Notes: a model not told the origin generated them from the sequence alone. 63,056 nucleotides of DNA, filler included, from Hyphochytrium catenoides (GCA_900088475.1; 5 parts of 5 records of this genome joined end to end with filler, not necessarily neighbours in it); one strand, 5' to 3'. Shown: positions 48,321 through 61,049, counted from the first letter of the whole stretch. Translations and numbers: made by a program.

Positions 48321-49915
48321 TGTCCTTTCCTTGTGTCTTCGGGTTCGTACCTCCCTTAGCACTCCTTGCAGGATGGCTTCAGTCGCGTCTGCAACTTCTC
48401 TAATCTCAAGGACGTTGCGATCGCCCAGGAAGTCTGCTAGTTGCTGTAGACCGCGAAACCGACGACCAGACTGCCCCGGGACTCCGTCCTCTAGCTCAAC
48501 AGGGGTGCCCAATGTCTCAAAGTCCTGCAACTCTTCTAGCAAGGAAAATTCAGGGTCTAGCTCATCCTCGCTTTCCTGTAGACAATACCGGAAGAGATAG
48601 GCAGATCAATTGAGTATATGGTGACTATGAAAAACAAGCCGGCCATGCTAATCCGGAAAGAAAAGAGTAAGTAGGACACGATACCTCCCTCCGGTTGTTT
48701 AAAAGCTTGCGGGACAGACTAGAGGAGATGAGAGAGAGCAAAAGGAGAGGAATAGGGAGAAGACAGGGCCAAAGATACATCGAAGAAAACTTGGAAAGGC
48801 GGCAAAAAGTAAGAGTTGGGGAGAAGAAAGCCTTACATCAAACGAGCCCGCATCTATAAGCTGTTCAGGGGTGACAGTCTGTAGGGCAAAAAGGGCCAAG
48901 GTAAGCAGCACTAGTGTTAGAGTAGCGGGCAGGGACACCATCGGTGGAGACATGAGCAGAGAGACAGTAAGGCGAGCCACTGTATAGGAACTAGCCCGGT
49001 TCAGCCGATAGGTGTGCAACAAAGAGAGAGACAGACATAACCGTGACGCATCATAAGACTGACACCTCACCTCAGGCTCATCCTCATCTTCATCACCTTC
49101 CTCCTCCTCACCCTCCTCCTCATCCCCTTCATCATCTTCTTCATCCTCGTCCTCGCTTCCGTCTTCCTCCTCCTCCTCCTCATCCGAATGGTCGCTCATA
49201 CGCGCCCTCAAGCCTCGCATCGACGGAGGGAGGTCCTAATAACGGTAGCATAACACAAGGTTAGCAGAACTCATCAGATTCGAGGAAAGGTAAGCCATGG
49301 AAGGAGGTTCTCGATCCTCTAGCTCACTTCAACGGCGTGTTCTGTACGTCATCCAGACCATGCTGTCGAGCAGGTCTGCCGAGCAGGAGACTAGGCAAAG
49401 TCTCCTTGCGCTCTTAACGCCTCATGATTATACTAGAGCCTTCCCTCCAGCCTATGACCTACCTGGTCCATCTCTTCATCGCTGTCTCCTCCATGTACAA
49501 TATCTTCCATGATCTCTCTCAGAGTTACTCCAAACTCTCTTCCTCCCCGTTCGCTCCCTCCAGGTCCTTCTCCGATGCCTTCCTCGACCATAGCAGTATT
49601 GCCGGACGAAGCTCGTCGCATAAGCTCTGGTTCTTCTCGTTCGTGGCCTGTTCTATCGTCCCTTCCTTCCCCTGAGAGAGAGGCACTCTGATCACGCCCA
49701 TCCCCGTCCTTCTTCCGTCTCTCCTCTTCTTCCTTTTTAGTTGAGGAGGCTACCAATCGGTCCACGACTGTTGATCGAGTCATAATCTCTACAGGCCGAA
49801 GGAGGAGAGACAGGAGAGAAGAAGATAGAGTGGAAGAGAGGTCCACTTTCTCTCCTGCTTTGAGAAGGCTCTCAGTGATATTGTGGTCCACCATTAGCCT
49901 CAGAACGTCCCAAGC
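39603..49915 (-). CDS. HUWE1: HUWE1/Tom1/UPL1-type HECT E3 ubiquitin ligase (C-terminal half; 5' part beyond contig edge)
   Basis: UBM repeats ([51 protein letters not shown]), [10 protein letters not shown], and HECT motifs [45 protein letters not shown]|[18 protein letters not shown]. Confidence 0.96.
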
Positions 49916-49940
49916 TAGAGCAGAATCGTTGGAGAGAGAA

Positions 49941-50040
49941 NNNNNNNNNNNNNNNNNNNNNNNNNNNNNNNNNNNNNNNNNNNNTTAATTAATTAANNNN
50001 NNNNNNNNNNNNNNNNNNNNNNNNNNNNNNNNNNNNNNNN
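49941..50040. other. Artificial contig linker
   Basis: N44-TTAATTAATTAA-N44. Confidence 0.97.
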
Positions 50041-50139
50041 CTTCAAGAATGCGAAGGACTCAGTGGTCTTAGGCTCTTACTATAGGATGGAGGGTGCTTG
50101 GTAGATAATGAGGAGTAGGAGGAGTTATTTCCTGTTTAG

Positions 50140-50185
<46 letters not shown>

Positions 50186-50687
50186 CGTCTTAGTACTTCT
50201 CCAAAGCTACTCTTTTCTATCTTCTCGTAATGTCACCTAACGCTCTCGTTAGTCAAAGCTAGGTCCCTGCGCAGAGCAGTGGGCTTCTTCAAGATCTAGT
50301 TCTGTTCTCTAGAAGAGGATTGCTGGCAATGACGATGGCCCACATGGTCGTATCTTCTCCCTTTGCCTTCATCATCGCGTGATAGACGTTTGTTCGACAC
50401 CCTGTAACATTACTTCCTGTTCTGACGGCGCGGGGCGCGCGGAGCTCTCTGGAGTCGTTCCTCGTGGCAGAGAATGGCAAGAGGAAAGACGGAAGAAGAG
50501 AAAGGGAAGAGGTCAGAGAGTGAGAGAGTAGGAAAAGACAGACAGCGAGTAAAAGAGAGAGAGAGATGTCCGTAGTTCGGAGCATATAGAAGAGAGAAGG
50601 CGCTGTGAGCTAGAAAGAGAACAGGTTGACTATCTCTATATTATGCAGAGGAGAGACCATTTTGGTCTTTTCTCTCCCCTCCTAGAT

Positions 50688-53600
50688 CTAAGCGATGTAG
50701 CCCTCGAGCACGTCAGCGCTATAACCCTTGATGCTGCTGTCTCTCTCTGTCTTTCTCTCTCTCTTTATCGTGGTCTTCCTTCGCCATGGTGGCTCCTTCA
50801 TAGTATCCCTCTTCTCTCTTCCCTCAGGAGACGAAGACGGTTGACCAGTGAGGATCACGCCATTGAAAAAGACAGTGGTTCCTGTCGGCAGCGTCCCTAG
50901 AGAGACGCCTACTTCAGGCGGCACGTCCGTCATCTTCACCTCCAACTGTCCAGGGCGATAGAGGATGATAGCGAAGAGGGAGAACGAGCCGCCCGACACT
51001 GGGCGGACCGTTCTCTTGACAGAGAATCTCCCTGCTCCCGGAGAGACGGCGACAGCTTCTATGATGTGATTCAGCACCCAGAAGACATTGAGCATCACTT
51101 TGTTCTCTTTCTCTTCTTCTCCTGTTGGCGCTGGCCTGATCATCGCCATAGGGAGGACAAGGTCCACAGGACGGCCCAGTTTGTCTAGCACAGCTCCAGC
51201 ACCTAGGGCATCCTTAGTCTTGACGGAGATGTAGGAGCCGCCACTGAGGACGGACTGTCTCAGAAGAGAGAACGCGACAATGACAGCCCAACAGATGGAG
51301 AACAGACCGATCTCTACCTTGGACCTCAGCCAAAGAGGAAGCAAATCCTCTGCTATGATGCACACTCCTGAAGCCGTAAGGATAAGCATTACTGGGCTCA
51401 CCGTTGCGCTGCTCCAACGCCTAAGTCTGGCGCTGAAGGCCCCACCTCGCATGTCAGGGGTAGCGGTCATCACACTGCCCACGGAGAGAGCAGCAATGAG
51501 CCAGATCAGCCATTGACTAGACGTGGTCTCTGCCATTGCTCCGCGGGTTATCAGGATGTACTGCTCTGCCACGATGACACCAGAGTCTAGACGCGCGATA
51601 GGGCGAATCATCCTCGCCAGAGTGACCATAGAAGGCAGACAGAGAGCTATCTTCTCTATTAAAGAGCACCGCGCCATCTGCCTCTCTGTGTAGTCCACGA
51701 ACTCGATGAGCGGCCCATTGTAGAAGAGAAGGATCTTCTTGGCTGTGGGGTGGTCAAAGGTACTGAGCACTCGAGAGACGATCCTCACTCTGCTGATGAT
51801 CTGCTTGACCAGACCTACAGTGTAGATGGCGTTGATGAGGATGCCGATGTAGATGATGCCATTCTCATAGCTGCGGAGCCCGTTAGAGGTTGTCTCCACA
51901 GTCTCAAGGACAGAAGAACTAAGAGCAATGAGGCTTTCTCCCTCGGTAGAGTCATAAATGTTCAGCCTCTTACTGCTGTCGCTGCCACGCATAATGTTCC
52001 CGCACTCTATGGGATCTAGAAAGGTGATGCGATGGATCTTGAAAGAGCAGCCTTCTCCCAGTCGTGGCTCTCTCTCTCCCAAAGATGTCTCTTGGTCTTC
52101 CTCTCCCTGCTGGTTAGCAGAGCCGTAGTAGATGCCAAACTCCGTGGAAGAAGAGAAAAAGCACGCCTCTCGATAGCCCATCCGGTTCTCTAAGATTGCG
52201 CTACTGCTGACTAGGCTTACTTCTATCTCAGATCCCTCCTGAAGTTCTCCTCCTCCTCTGCCTCTCATGGTGATCCAATGAGGATAGTACGGGCATCTCC
52301 TGCCATAGAACTCCATAGCGTAGATGCTATTCTTCTCCGTTGATAGATCTCTGGCTGAGGCGTTGAGGCGTTGCGCTACTTCGCGGTCTATCATTCGGTA
52401 GCTGAGCCCAGAAGAGTCAAAGATGATCAACGACTGGTCAGACGGGAGAAAGAAAGGGTCCGTAGCTTGACAAGGGCTGCCAATGCACGAGGCAAGAAGC
52501 GGAGAGGTCTTATCAAACTGCTGTCGAGAGGACTCGAGGTACGTCTCAGAGTTAGGTTCAATGTACAGGGACGACGTCGTCTGAGGTGGAAGAGAAGGGT
52601 CACTAGAGACGTTCTCTGCTGCTTCTCTCTTCTTGAGAAGAGACAGAGTGACCGCAGGTCCATTGAGAGTCAGGGGAACGGTGGCTCCTCCAGCTGTAGA
52701 AGAAGGGAAGATTGACTCCAAGACGCGGCTGGTCAGGTTAGACAACACCTCTCCTTCCAAGGGAATGCCTCTCGAAATAAAGCTATACCTCTGACTTGTA
52801 GGAGAAGCTCCGAAGGAGGAAGACAAGGCCATTGGCAGACTTGTTCCTGAGAGAGAGAGGTGTCTTCTAATGTGCTCTATCATCTTTCTCTCTCTGAAAA
52901 CAATTGTCACGTTCGCCCTTTCCCCGCTAACAGTTAGCGATCCGTCTATCGCCATCCTCGTGATCCACTTCGTACGGCGGTAGGTGTCCTGCCATCGTCT
53001 CTGAAGACAGCTCCTGATGGAGGCAAGCATGGGCTCAGACAGCTTATCTTTATCCTGGTCCAGCAGGTAAGCAGAGCCATTCACGTATCCGCACCACGCC
53101 ACGTTGGCAATGTACCCAGCGTTTTGCCCATCAAAGATGCCCTGAACGATGTCTGCCGCCTTAGTAGTGGTTAGCCCTGACTGGAGGACTGTCCTAGAAA
53201 CTGCCACTTCCCTTAGAGAGCCGACTCCAGCCGCGGAGTGCTGCTCTACCTTCAGTCTGAGGGCTGAGCTAATCGCGGTGATATGCTCCAGGTCACTAAT
53301 AATCCCTGTCTTTAAGGCTGGGCATCGGAGGTACAGCGCCATCTCAAGCGGGATCCGCTGCAGCGTGTCAGGCACCTCGTACTTCAGCTCCATCAGGTCA
53401 CTGAGGATCTCTGTACACCCGTGCATCTCCAGGAAACCCTTAGCATTGAGCATGGTGATCCCCGCGATATAGTTCCGCTCCACGCCCACTGACATCTTTG
53501 TCTTCTCACAGCGGTAATCTCCACAAAGCCAGTCATCTGTCTGCTCCGCGGACCATATGTCACTGACCAAGGTGCTGACAGCGCCGGCGCTCTTGATGAA

Positions 53601-54398
53601 GGAGCTGCTAGCGCCGTTGCTATAGCAGATCCCTCCAGGGCAGAAGCTGCTGCTGATCAGTCCGAACAGGAACTCTCCGTTCACGAACATGTTCGCTGAG
53701 CCTTGAGAGACAGCGTCTGCGATGTCCTCAGGGTCTCCATGCGCCGCAACTTGCTGGACCAACCGGACCACTTGCTCTACTTCCGTGTCAACATTAGCAG
53801 CCACGGTCTCAAAGAGAAAAGGAAGATTGGCTTGCAGACAGGAGCCCGTCTTAGTGCATGAGTCACCAAGAAGATCTTCTAGAATCTCGGCATAGATAGT
53901 GATCAAGCCGCCTAAAGGTAAAACTATGGGAAGGAAGTCAACGTCGTCCTCCTCTTCTTTGATAGCTGTGGCATTGACTGCATCGCGTGACGGGTGGCCA
54001 AAGATGGGCTTATCATAGGCGATCAAACACTTGGTAGACAGGTCTATTGGTAGCTTTAGATCGCGACAGGGCGGGACCTGCCTCTGCACCTGCTTCCCAC
54101 AGCCTCGATTGTACGCACGCACCTCATGCTTGTTAAGATAAGCCTCTTCGGGAGAGCACGCCAGCACTTTGCTCGATCTCTGCTGTTGTTGGTCCTCTGT
54201 AGAGCTGCTAAGGTTGTTCCTTGACTCGTGTTGGTGGCCAGAGTAATGAGACACGTGGTAGCTGCGTATAACGGAGCCATCGCCTGTGTAGAGCAAGAGC
54301 GTCTTCATTGGAGACAGAACGACGGAGAGGGTAAAGACTGCTGAGACTAGAAGCCTAAGCAGCCGCTTGGACCTGGTGAGGAGGCTGTCCCAAGCCAT
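50688..54398 (-). CDS. Intronless 1236-aa predicted multi-pass membrane protein of unknown family
   Basis: 3.7-kb ATG-initiated stop-free ORF. N-terminal hydrophobic helix (LLRLLVSAVFTLSVVL), a long Cys-containing segment with several NxS/T sequons, then several hydrophobic helices (GIIYIGILINAIYTVGLV, WLIWLIAALSVGSVM, VMLILTASGVCII, IGLFSICWAVIVAFSLL). Confidence 0.85.
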   Translation of the reverse strand: MAWDSLLTRSKRLLRLLVSAVFTLSVVLSPMKTLLLYTGDGSVIRSYHVSHYSGHQHESRNNLSSSTEDQQQQRSSKVLACSPEEAYLNKHEVRAYNRGCGKQVQRQVPPCRDLKLPIDLSTKCLIAYDKPIFGHPSRDAVNATAIKEEEDDVDFLPIVLPLGGLITIYAEILEDLLGDSCTKTGSCLQANLPFLFETVAANVDTEVEQVVRLVQQVAAHGDPEDIADAVSQGSANMFVNGEFLFGLISSSFCPGGICYSNGASSSFIKSAGAVSTLVSDIWSAEQTDDWLCGDYRCEKTKMSVGVERNYIAGITMLNAKGFLEMHGCTEILSDLMELKYEVPDTLQRIPLEMALYLRCPALKTGIISDLEHITAISSALRLKVEQHSAAGVGSLREVAVSRTVLQSGLTTTKAADIVQGIFDGQNAGYIANVAWCGYVNGSAYLLDQDKDKLSEPMLASIRSCLQRRWQDTYRRTKWITRMAIDGSLTVSGERANVTIVFRERKMIEHIRRHLSLSGTSLPMALSSSFGASPTSQRYSFISRGIPLEGEVLSNLTSRVLESIFPSSTAGGATVPLTLNGPAVTLSLLKKREAAENVSSDPSLPPQTTSSLYIEPNSETYLESSRQQFDKTSPLLASCIGSPCQATDPFFLPSDQSLIIFDSSGLSYRMIDREVAQRLNASARDLSTEKNSIYAMEFYGRRCPYYPHWITMRGRGGGELQEGSEIEVSLVSSSAILENRMGYREACFFSSSTEFGIYYGSANQQGEEDQETSLGEREPRLGEGCSFKIHRITFLDPIECGNIMRGSDSSKRLNIYDSTEGESLIALSSSVLETVETTSNGLRSYENGIIYIGILINAIYTVGLVKQIISRVRIVSRVLSTFDHPTAKKILLFYNGPLIEFVDYTERQMARCSLIEKIALCLPSMVTLARMIRPIARLDSGVIVAEQYILITRGAMAETTSSQWLIWLIAALSVGSVMTATPDMRGGAFSARLRRWSSATVSPVMLILTASGVCIIAEDLLPLWLRSKVEIGLFSICWAVIVAFSLLRQSVLSGGSYISVKTKDALGAGAVLDKLGRPVDLVLPMAMIRPAPTGEEEKENKVMLNVFWVLNHIIEAVAVSPGAGRFSVKRTVRPVSGGSFSLFAIILYRPGQLEVKMTDVPPEVGVSLGTLPTGTTVFFNGVILTGQPSSSPEGREKRDTMKEPPWRRKTTIKRERKTERDSSIKGYSADVLEGYIA

Positions 54399-56213
54399 AT
54401 CGACCTGCTTTTTACAGCGCTGAGCCGAGGAACATGGAGCGCCCGGAACACCTCAACGAAGGAGGAGGAAGCACCTTCTCGTCGGCCGCTGATATCCCGT
54501 CTATGACGCGCTGGTACGCATCGTTCTGGACTGAGATGGGATGGTCGTGCTAGTTGAGAGAAGAAGACACCAGATGCCTTGCCAATGGGCATTCACCTAT
54601 AAGAAGAAGAAAGTGGGAGACCCGGCTTGTTGGTCATAGACGTGAACGGGACTATTGCCCTGACGTGATTCTAATATCTCAATCAAACGCCTTGCCAATC
54701 TCGTGAAGGACCAAGGATCCTCTGAGGACAACCTCTTGTTGGCCGCTAAGGAAGAAGAGGCTCCTCCCGCCGCGCATTATCCCGTGCTGGTGACTGTCTC
54801 ATGTCCTTTTATAGTATGAGACAGAACCACGCAGACAACTGCATCTAAGCGCATGCTCTTCAACCATGGCGGCGCGCGCAGTACCGTCGGTCCCATGGAC
54901 AATTACCGGGCTCTGCGGTGCTACAGTGTAGCTAGAGAACCACAAAGAAGGAAGATTGGAGAACGAAGAATCTCTCCCGCACGGAAAGGAAGGGAAGAGA
55001 GAGAGAGNNNNNNNNNNNNNNNNNNNNNNNNNNNNNNNNAGAGAGAGAGAGAGAGAGAGAGAGAGACAAATAACCAGGACATATAGCACGGGAGACCGTG
55101 CAGAGGCCAGGATCCTGCTGAGGGAGCAACAGGAAAGGCGAAGAAGTGCAAAACTTTGACAGATGAGAGGGCCCATCAAGTTTGATAACCGACGGAAACC
55201 TTTCTTTGAAAGAATTGAAATGTTACCATGAACACCTGTAGTTCTCATCCTTAAGCTTCGGCTTGCTGGGGTTTGGAAAGTTTAGGTAATAAATCCTTCC
55301 TTAATGAGGCAACTTTCAGGTGGCCCTGAGGTGGTGACCAGGAGATCAAGAAAAAGAGAGAGAAGAGAGAGAGCGAGAGAGAGAGAGAGAAAGAGAGAGA
55401 AAGAGAGAGAAAGAGAGAGAAAGGAAGGAAGAGAAAAAAAGGGAGAGAAAAAGAGGAAGACGAACTGAGCACTGAGCACAAGGAGAGACCATGAAGGGGA
55501 CAGCGGAGCGGGTGCTCTCTCAATCCAGCGAACGGAGAAAAAGAGGGAGAAAGAGAGAGATGTGTGAGAAAGAGAGAGAGAGAGATGCAGACAGCAACGG
55601 ACGTTATTCCACGTTTCTCTCTCTCTCTCTCTCTCCTCTCTCTTTCCTGCCCTTGTCTTCTGGCCGGCTTTCTGATCCTGTCTCAGCTCCTGTCACGCTC
55701 CTGCCTGGAGCCCCTTAGGGCTCAGTTGAAGAAGAGGAAAGGAGAGAAAGGCTCCTCAACCGTCTCCTTTTCACGGTTCTCTCCATTCCTGCTGCTTCTG
55801 GTCTTCAGCTAATGTTATTCTCTTTCTAGTTCTCGTCTACGCACGGCACTGTGTGAGTCGCCGCTTACGTAGGGTGGGCCCTTACTCTCTAGATTTCTTC
55901 TTCTCTCCTGTTATCTCTTTTGATCTCTCTCCCTCTCCCTCTCCCTTCTCTCTGTCTCCCTGTTTCCTTGTCTCGTTCTTCTCCTCTTTTTGTTTGCGCT
56001 TGCATTTGCCTTTTCTTCCTCCTCTCTCTCCTGTCCTTTCTTGGTTGCTTGTTCTCTTATCACTCTCTCCTTCTTCTCTCTCTCTCTTCTCTTCTCTTTT
56101 TCTCCTGATCTTCTCATTGCCTCTCTCCAACTTTTCTGTCTCTTTCTCAGTGCTGCGCTCATCATCTTCACTCTCAGACAAGGACACAAACGACAACAAG
56201 AAGAGAGAGGAAG

Positions 56214-56822
56214 ATGGCCTCTCTCCTTTTCGATTCTGCCACTGAAGGGATCTTGGGCAGTTCATTGCTGTTGGGAGAGGAAGAGAGACTGGCAACGGAG
56301 ACCTACATCGATGGCAGGGACTCGTGGGCTCACGCCGTGGGGATCTCTCTCCTTGTTATCAACTGCTTGCTCACGCCAGCGCTCTGTCTGCTCACATGGA
56401 AGAGAAGAGACGTCTTCCCTGTCAATGCAACGCCCGCCGTCCTAACGATAACCACGCAAGTAGGCGCTGGGCTCTACGTTCTCTCTCTTCTCCAGTCCAT
56501 CATCTTCCCTGAGATCCCCTGCGGACTGCACATTGTCCTCTCCTTCGCGGACTATTTCCCTTTCTACACTGGGACTTTGCTGCAGTTAGTCTCCACGTGG
56601 GCCAGGCACGGCGGGCAGCGCAATATGATGACGAAAGGATCACAAGGCTGCCTTTCGTCTCATGTCCAGCGGCGCTTGACTAGCATCGGAGGAAGGAATC
56701 TGCTGGTGGCGCTTGGTCTTCTTCTCTCTCTCCTTCCTGTTGCCCGACTGGCCTCTAGAGGTCCGTACCTAGGACAGCCCATGCTGGACGTGAACTGTTT
56801 GAGGCTCTCCTCCTCGGCTGAG
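56214..56822 (+). CDS. First exon of a 7TM receptor-like protein (7TM-RGS / GPCR-like); truncated by contig end
   Basis: TM1 followed by WKRRDVFPV, TM2, IPC before TM3, TM4, then a loop Cys and a GTAAG donor at 56823. The pattern resembles the N-terminal 7TM region of protist and plant 7TM-RGS proteins; no RGS domain is visible in the contig. Confidence 0.6.
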
Positions 56823-57447
56823 GTAAGGAGACGAGGTCTTTCAATTCAGACATTATAAGCGCTTTATTGCTTGCTCACGCCCACTTCTCTTTCTTCTTTC
56901 TCCGTTTCTCTGCCTCTTTTTTTTCTCTCTCACTCTCTATCTTTCTTTCTCTTGGTCTACTATGCATCCGTGTTTCTATCCTCCTTGATCTGTCTTTCTT
57001 CTTCTCCGCCAGATTCTAGCTACCGACCGAAGCTTCACTTTTTTTCCTGTTGGTTGGCCCACGGCGTCGTCGTCCTTTTCTCCCTCTCCATCTATCCTCT
57101 CTTTATCTTTGATGGATCAGCCAAATGTCTGTTGCTTCTCTCTTCCTCTTGACCGGTGCTATTCGTTGTTCCTTTCACTCCTTTTGGCCCTGGCCCTACG
57201 CGTCCCTTCTCTTCCCTCCCTTCGGCCTCTTTCCTGCTCTTCCTGCCCGCTCTTAGACCCTCTTCCTCAATCTTCTTTTTTAAATTTTTAGCACCTCTTC
57301 GTCACGAGCCATCTCTGTTTATTCTCCTGCTGATAAGATATCATCACGGATGTCTTTCTAACAGTATCTCCCTTGTTCTCTCTCACTCACTCACTCACTC
57401 CTCTCTCTTCTCCCTCGCGGCGGTCTCTCTCTTTTTTTTTTCTCGCT

Positions 57448-57547
57448 NNNNNNNNNNNNNNNNNNNNNNNNNNNNNNNNNNNNNNNNNNNNTTAATTAAT
57501 TAANNNNNNNNNNNNNNNNNNNNNNNNNNNNNNNNNNNNNNNNNNNN
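57448..57547. other. Artificial contig linker
   Basis: N44-TTAATTAATTAA-N44. Confidence 0.97.
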
Positions 57548-58029
57548 GGGGGAGAGGACGGAAAAGAGAGAGAGGGGGAGGGAGAGAGAGAGAGGGAACG
57601 AAAGAGCAAAAGAGAAAGAGTGCAAAAGAGAGAGAGAGGATAGGAGCGAGAAGGAGCACGAGAGGGATTAGGAGAGAGCGGGAAGGGTGAACGAGAGAGG
57701 GAAGGCGGAAGGGAGAGAGAGAGAGAGAGAAAGAAAGAGCAAAAGAGAAAGAGAGAAAAAGAGAGAGAGAGAGAGGATGAGAGCAAGAAGGAGCGCGCGA
57801 GAGAATGGAGAGAGACAGAAGAAAAACGAAAAGAGAGAGAAAGAGCTAAGAGATAAACAGAGACGGGACAGAGAGGTAGAAGGAAGGGAGGAATATATGA
57901 CTATATATAGAGAGAGAGAACGTGAGAGAGAAGAGAGCCTAGAGATAAAGAGTGAGGAGAAGAATGGAGAGCGAGAGAGAGAGAAAGAGAGAGAGGGAGA
58001 GAGAGAGAGAGAGACTCTCTCCTGCTTAC

Positions 58030-58154
58030 CTTGCCCATTTCAAGGTGTTGCAAGGGGATGAGAGCATAGCCCATCACTGTGCTGGTGCCCAAGCGGCTCT
58101 GATCCTGGACATCCACGCGGATTAGATGAGAGTCGAGGCCGCTCACCTGAGGAG

Positions 58155-58202
<48 letters not shown>

Positions 58203-58220
58203 GGAGAAAGAAAGAGAGAA

Positions 58221-58267
<47 letters not shown>

Positions 58268-59190
58268 AAAAAAAAGAGAGAGAGAAAGAGAGAAAGAGAG
58301 AGAGAGAGAGAAAAGAGAGAGAGAGAAAAAAAAAGAGAGAGAGGGAGAAAAAGAGAGAGAGAGAGAGAAAACAAAGAGAGAGAGAGGCGGACGGGGGGTG
58401 AGAGGTAGGAGGGGAGGTAGGAGGAGAAAGAGTGAGAAAAGAAAGAGAAGAGAAAGACGAGAGAGAGGGTTAGACTCTGCAGATTGATTTGAAGAGAGAA
58501 GAAGAACTAAAACTGTGGCTCGGCGGCAGTGAAGGGTTCGTCACTCTTCTCCCTATGGAGGTTGACGCAGAGATTTGAAGACACAGAGGGAGAGAGAGAG
58601 AGAGTGAGAGATAGAGATAGAGAGAGAGAGAGAGAGACAGAGATCCATACTCTACAGTGAATGAGCAACAAAGAGAGAAGAAAGAGACGAAAGGAGAGCG
58701 AAGCACAGATATAAAGTCAAAGAAATAGAAAAGAAGGAAGAGGTAGACAACCGCCGAGGGTAGAAGAGAACAGCGAGGGACACAGAGAGATGAAGGAAGA
58801 GAGAGAGAGAGAAAGTGAGAGAGAGTGGGAGACAAAGCGCGAGAAAGGCAAGACCAGAGAGAAAGAGAGAGATTGGTACGGAGACATAGACAGATCCTAG
58901 AGGCAGATAAATTGATAGATAGAACGAGATAACCTATATTGGAGAAAGACACAGAGAGAGGGGGAGCGTGAAAGAGAGAGACAGAGAGAAGAGAGCAGGG
59001 GAAGAGCGAGAGAGAGAAAGAGAGAGAATATAAGATAGGGAGAGAGAGAGAGAGAGAGAGAGAGTAAGAAAGGGAGAGAGAGAGTAAGAGGGAGAGAGAG
59101 AGAGAGAGAGGAAGGAAGGAAGAAAGGGAGAGAGAGAGTAAGAGCAAGAGAGAGAGAGGGTAAGAGAAAGAGAGAGAGAAAGTAAGAGCA

Positions 59191-59225
<35 letters not shown>

Positions 59226-60060
59226 TGTGTGTGAGAGAGGAAAGAGAGAGAGAATAAAAGAGGAAGTGGGAGAAAGAGAGTAAGAGAGAGAGAGAGAGAG
59301 AGAAAGAAAGAGAGCGTTGGTCACCATGAAGGCAAAGCGTTGCTCCCACTTTGGGGAGGGAGTGTTGGTGGTCACCACCCGCGTCTTCTGTCTTTGATCC
59401 CCATCCTGGGCGTCCAGCCCCTCGCCAACTGGGAGAAGGTAAGAAACGCACTGAAAATCAAAAGAGACAAGCTTTCCCAGCTCACTTCTCCCTCTCCCTC
59501 CGGGGTAGGTCAGCTCTCTCCCCTCATGTAATGTTAGGAGAATGACCCGAGTCTCCCAGCTGCTGGCTGTCTCTCCCTCTCCCTCGGAAGAGAGAGAATG
59601 TGCAGGGAGAGGAGCGCCTTCCCAGAGAGGAATTGTCTTGAGTTTGGGCCAGACAATGTACTCGACAATCGTCTCCTGGAAGTGAGAGAGTAGAAGAAAG
59701 GAAGAAGGACGGAAAGATGAGAGACATAGGGAATGGAGTTTAGTCAAAACGAAAGAAGAGAGAGAGAGAGAAGAGACAGAGAGAAAGAGAGAGAGAAAGA
59801 AGATACGTCGGCAGACGCAAGGGCAATAAGAGAAAGAGCTTGAAGATGCAGGACGGCAGATACCAGAAAGAGAAAAAGAGCGGGAGAGAGAGAGAGAGAG
59901 AGAGGCAAAGCGAGAGACAAAAAGAAAATTTCTAGTTGGGAACAGAAGAGCGGTAACATAGGAAGCGAAAGAGAATAGCAACGGCGAACCCGGGAAGGTT
60001 GACTGACCGACGAGGGCACAGACAAAGCCAGGTGAGCTAGTCATAAGATGGCACTGGACA

Positions 60061-60124
<64 letters not shown>

Positions 60125-60508
60125 ACGAGCTCGCCTCACCTTCAAGAACTGGTGCAGCCAGTTCGCCACCATTGGGATGCCCGTGACCGAAACTTTTCCA
60201 AAGGTAAGATGGAAATCTATGGAAGGTTTGCCGACAAACGAGACAGAGATCGCTGAAAAGCCTGGCCACTGGTGCCACAGCGGGTCCAAGATAATTCTCA
60301 AAGTTCCGATAATTACCAGCTCGGTAAGAATCGACCGTGTCTTAAACCCCGGCGCCATGAGGAGAAGGACGGCACTCTGTGTCTCACAGGCAGCGAAACG
60401 GACGTCAAGGTCTAACATAATGTTCTGGTCCGAGGGATCGTTGTCCACGAGGCGAACGCTGGTCACCACGGGGTGACTGTTGCCGAAGTCAACCCTGGTG
60501 AAGACAGC
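58030..60508 (-). CDS. SMP + C2 domain protein (synaptotagmin / extended synaptotagmin / tricalbin-like), internal exons
   Basis: Phase-0 exons 60508-60140, 59675-59325 and 58146-58030. SMP motifs FTRVDFG..P, GTLRIILDPL..WPGFSAISVSFVGKPSIDF, IVWPK; C2 motifs LTLHEGREL, QKTRVV..SPKWEQRFAF, RVDVQD..MGYALIPL. Confidence 0.9.
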
Positions 60509-60542
<34 letters not shown>

Positions 60543-61049
60543 GACAGAGAGAGGGAGGGGGAGAGAGAGAGAGAGAGGGCAGAGAGAGAGAGAGAGAAAA
60601 AGGGAGCGAGAGAGAGAAAGACAGAGAGAGAGAAAAGAGAGAGAGAGAGAGAAAAGCAAGAGAGAAAAGGGAGGAGAGAGAGAGAGAGAAGGGAGGAGCG
60701 AGAGAGAAAAGACAGAGAGAAAATTAAGGGAGAGAGAGAGAGAGAAAAGGGAGCGAGAGAGACAGAAAGAAAGGAAGAAAGAAAGAGAGAGGAGATGGTG
60801 GGAGAGAGCGGATTGGTAAGAGAATGCGAGAAAAATGGAGAGTGTTAGGGTTCGGGAGAGAGTTATCATAAGAGCAGAGAGAGAGAAAGAGAGAAGGGGG
60901 AGGAGGAGGAAAGAGTGAAGAAGAGAAGGAAGGGGACACTGTGAATAGAGACAGAGTTCGGACATAAGAAAACAAGGAGAGAGAGAGAGTTGGGGAGAGG
61001 GATAGAGACAGAGCGGGCAAAGAAGCGGAAGGCAGTAGAGTTGAGAGAG

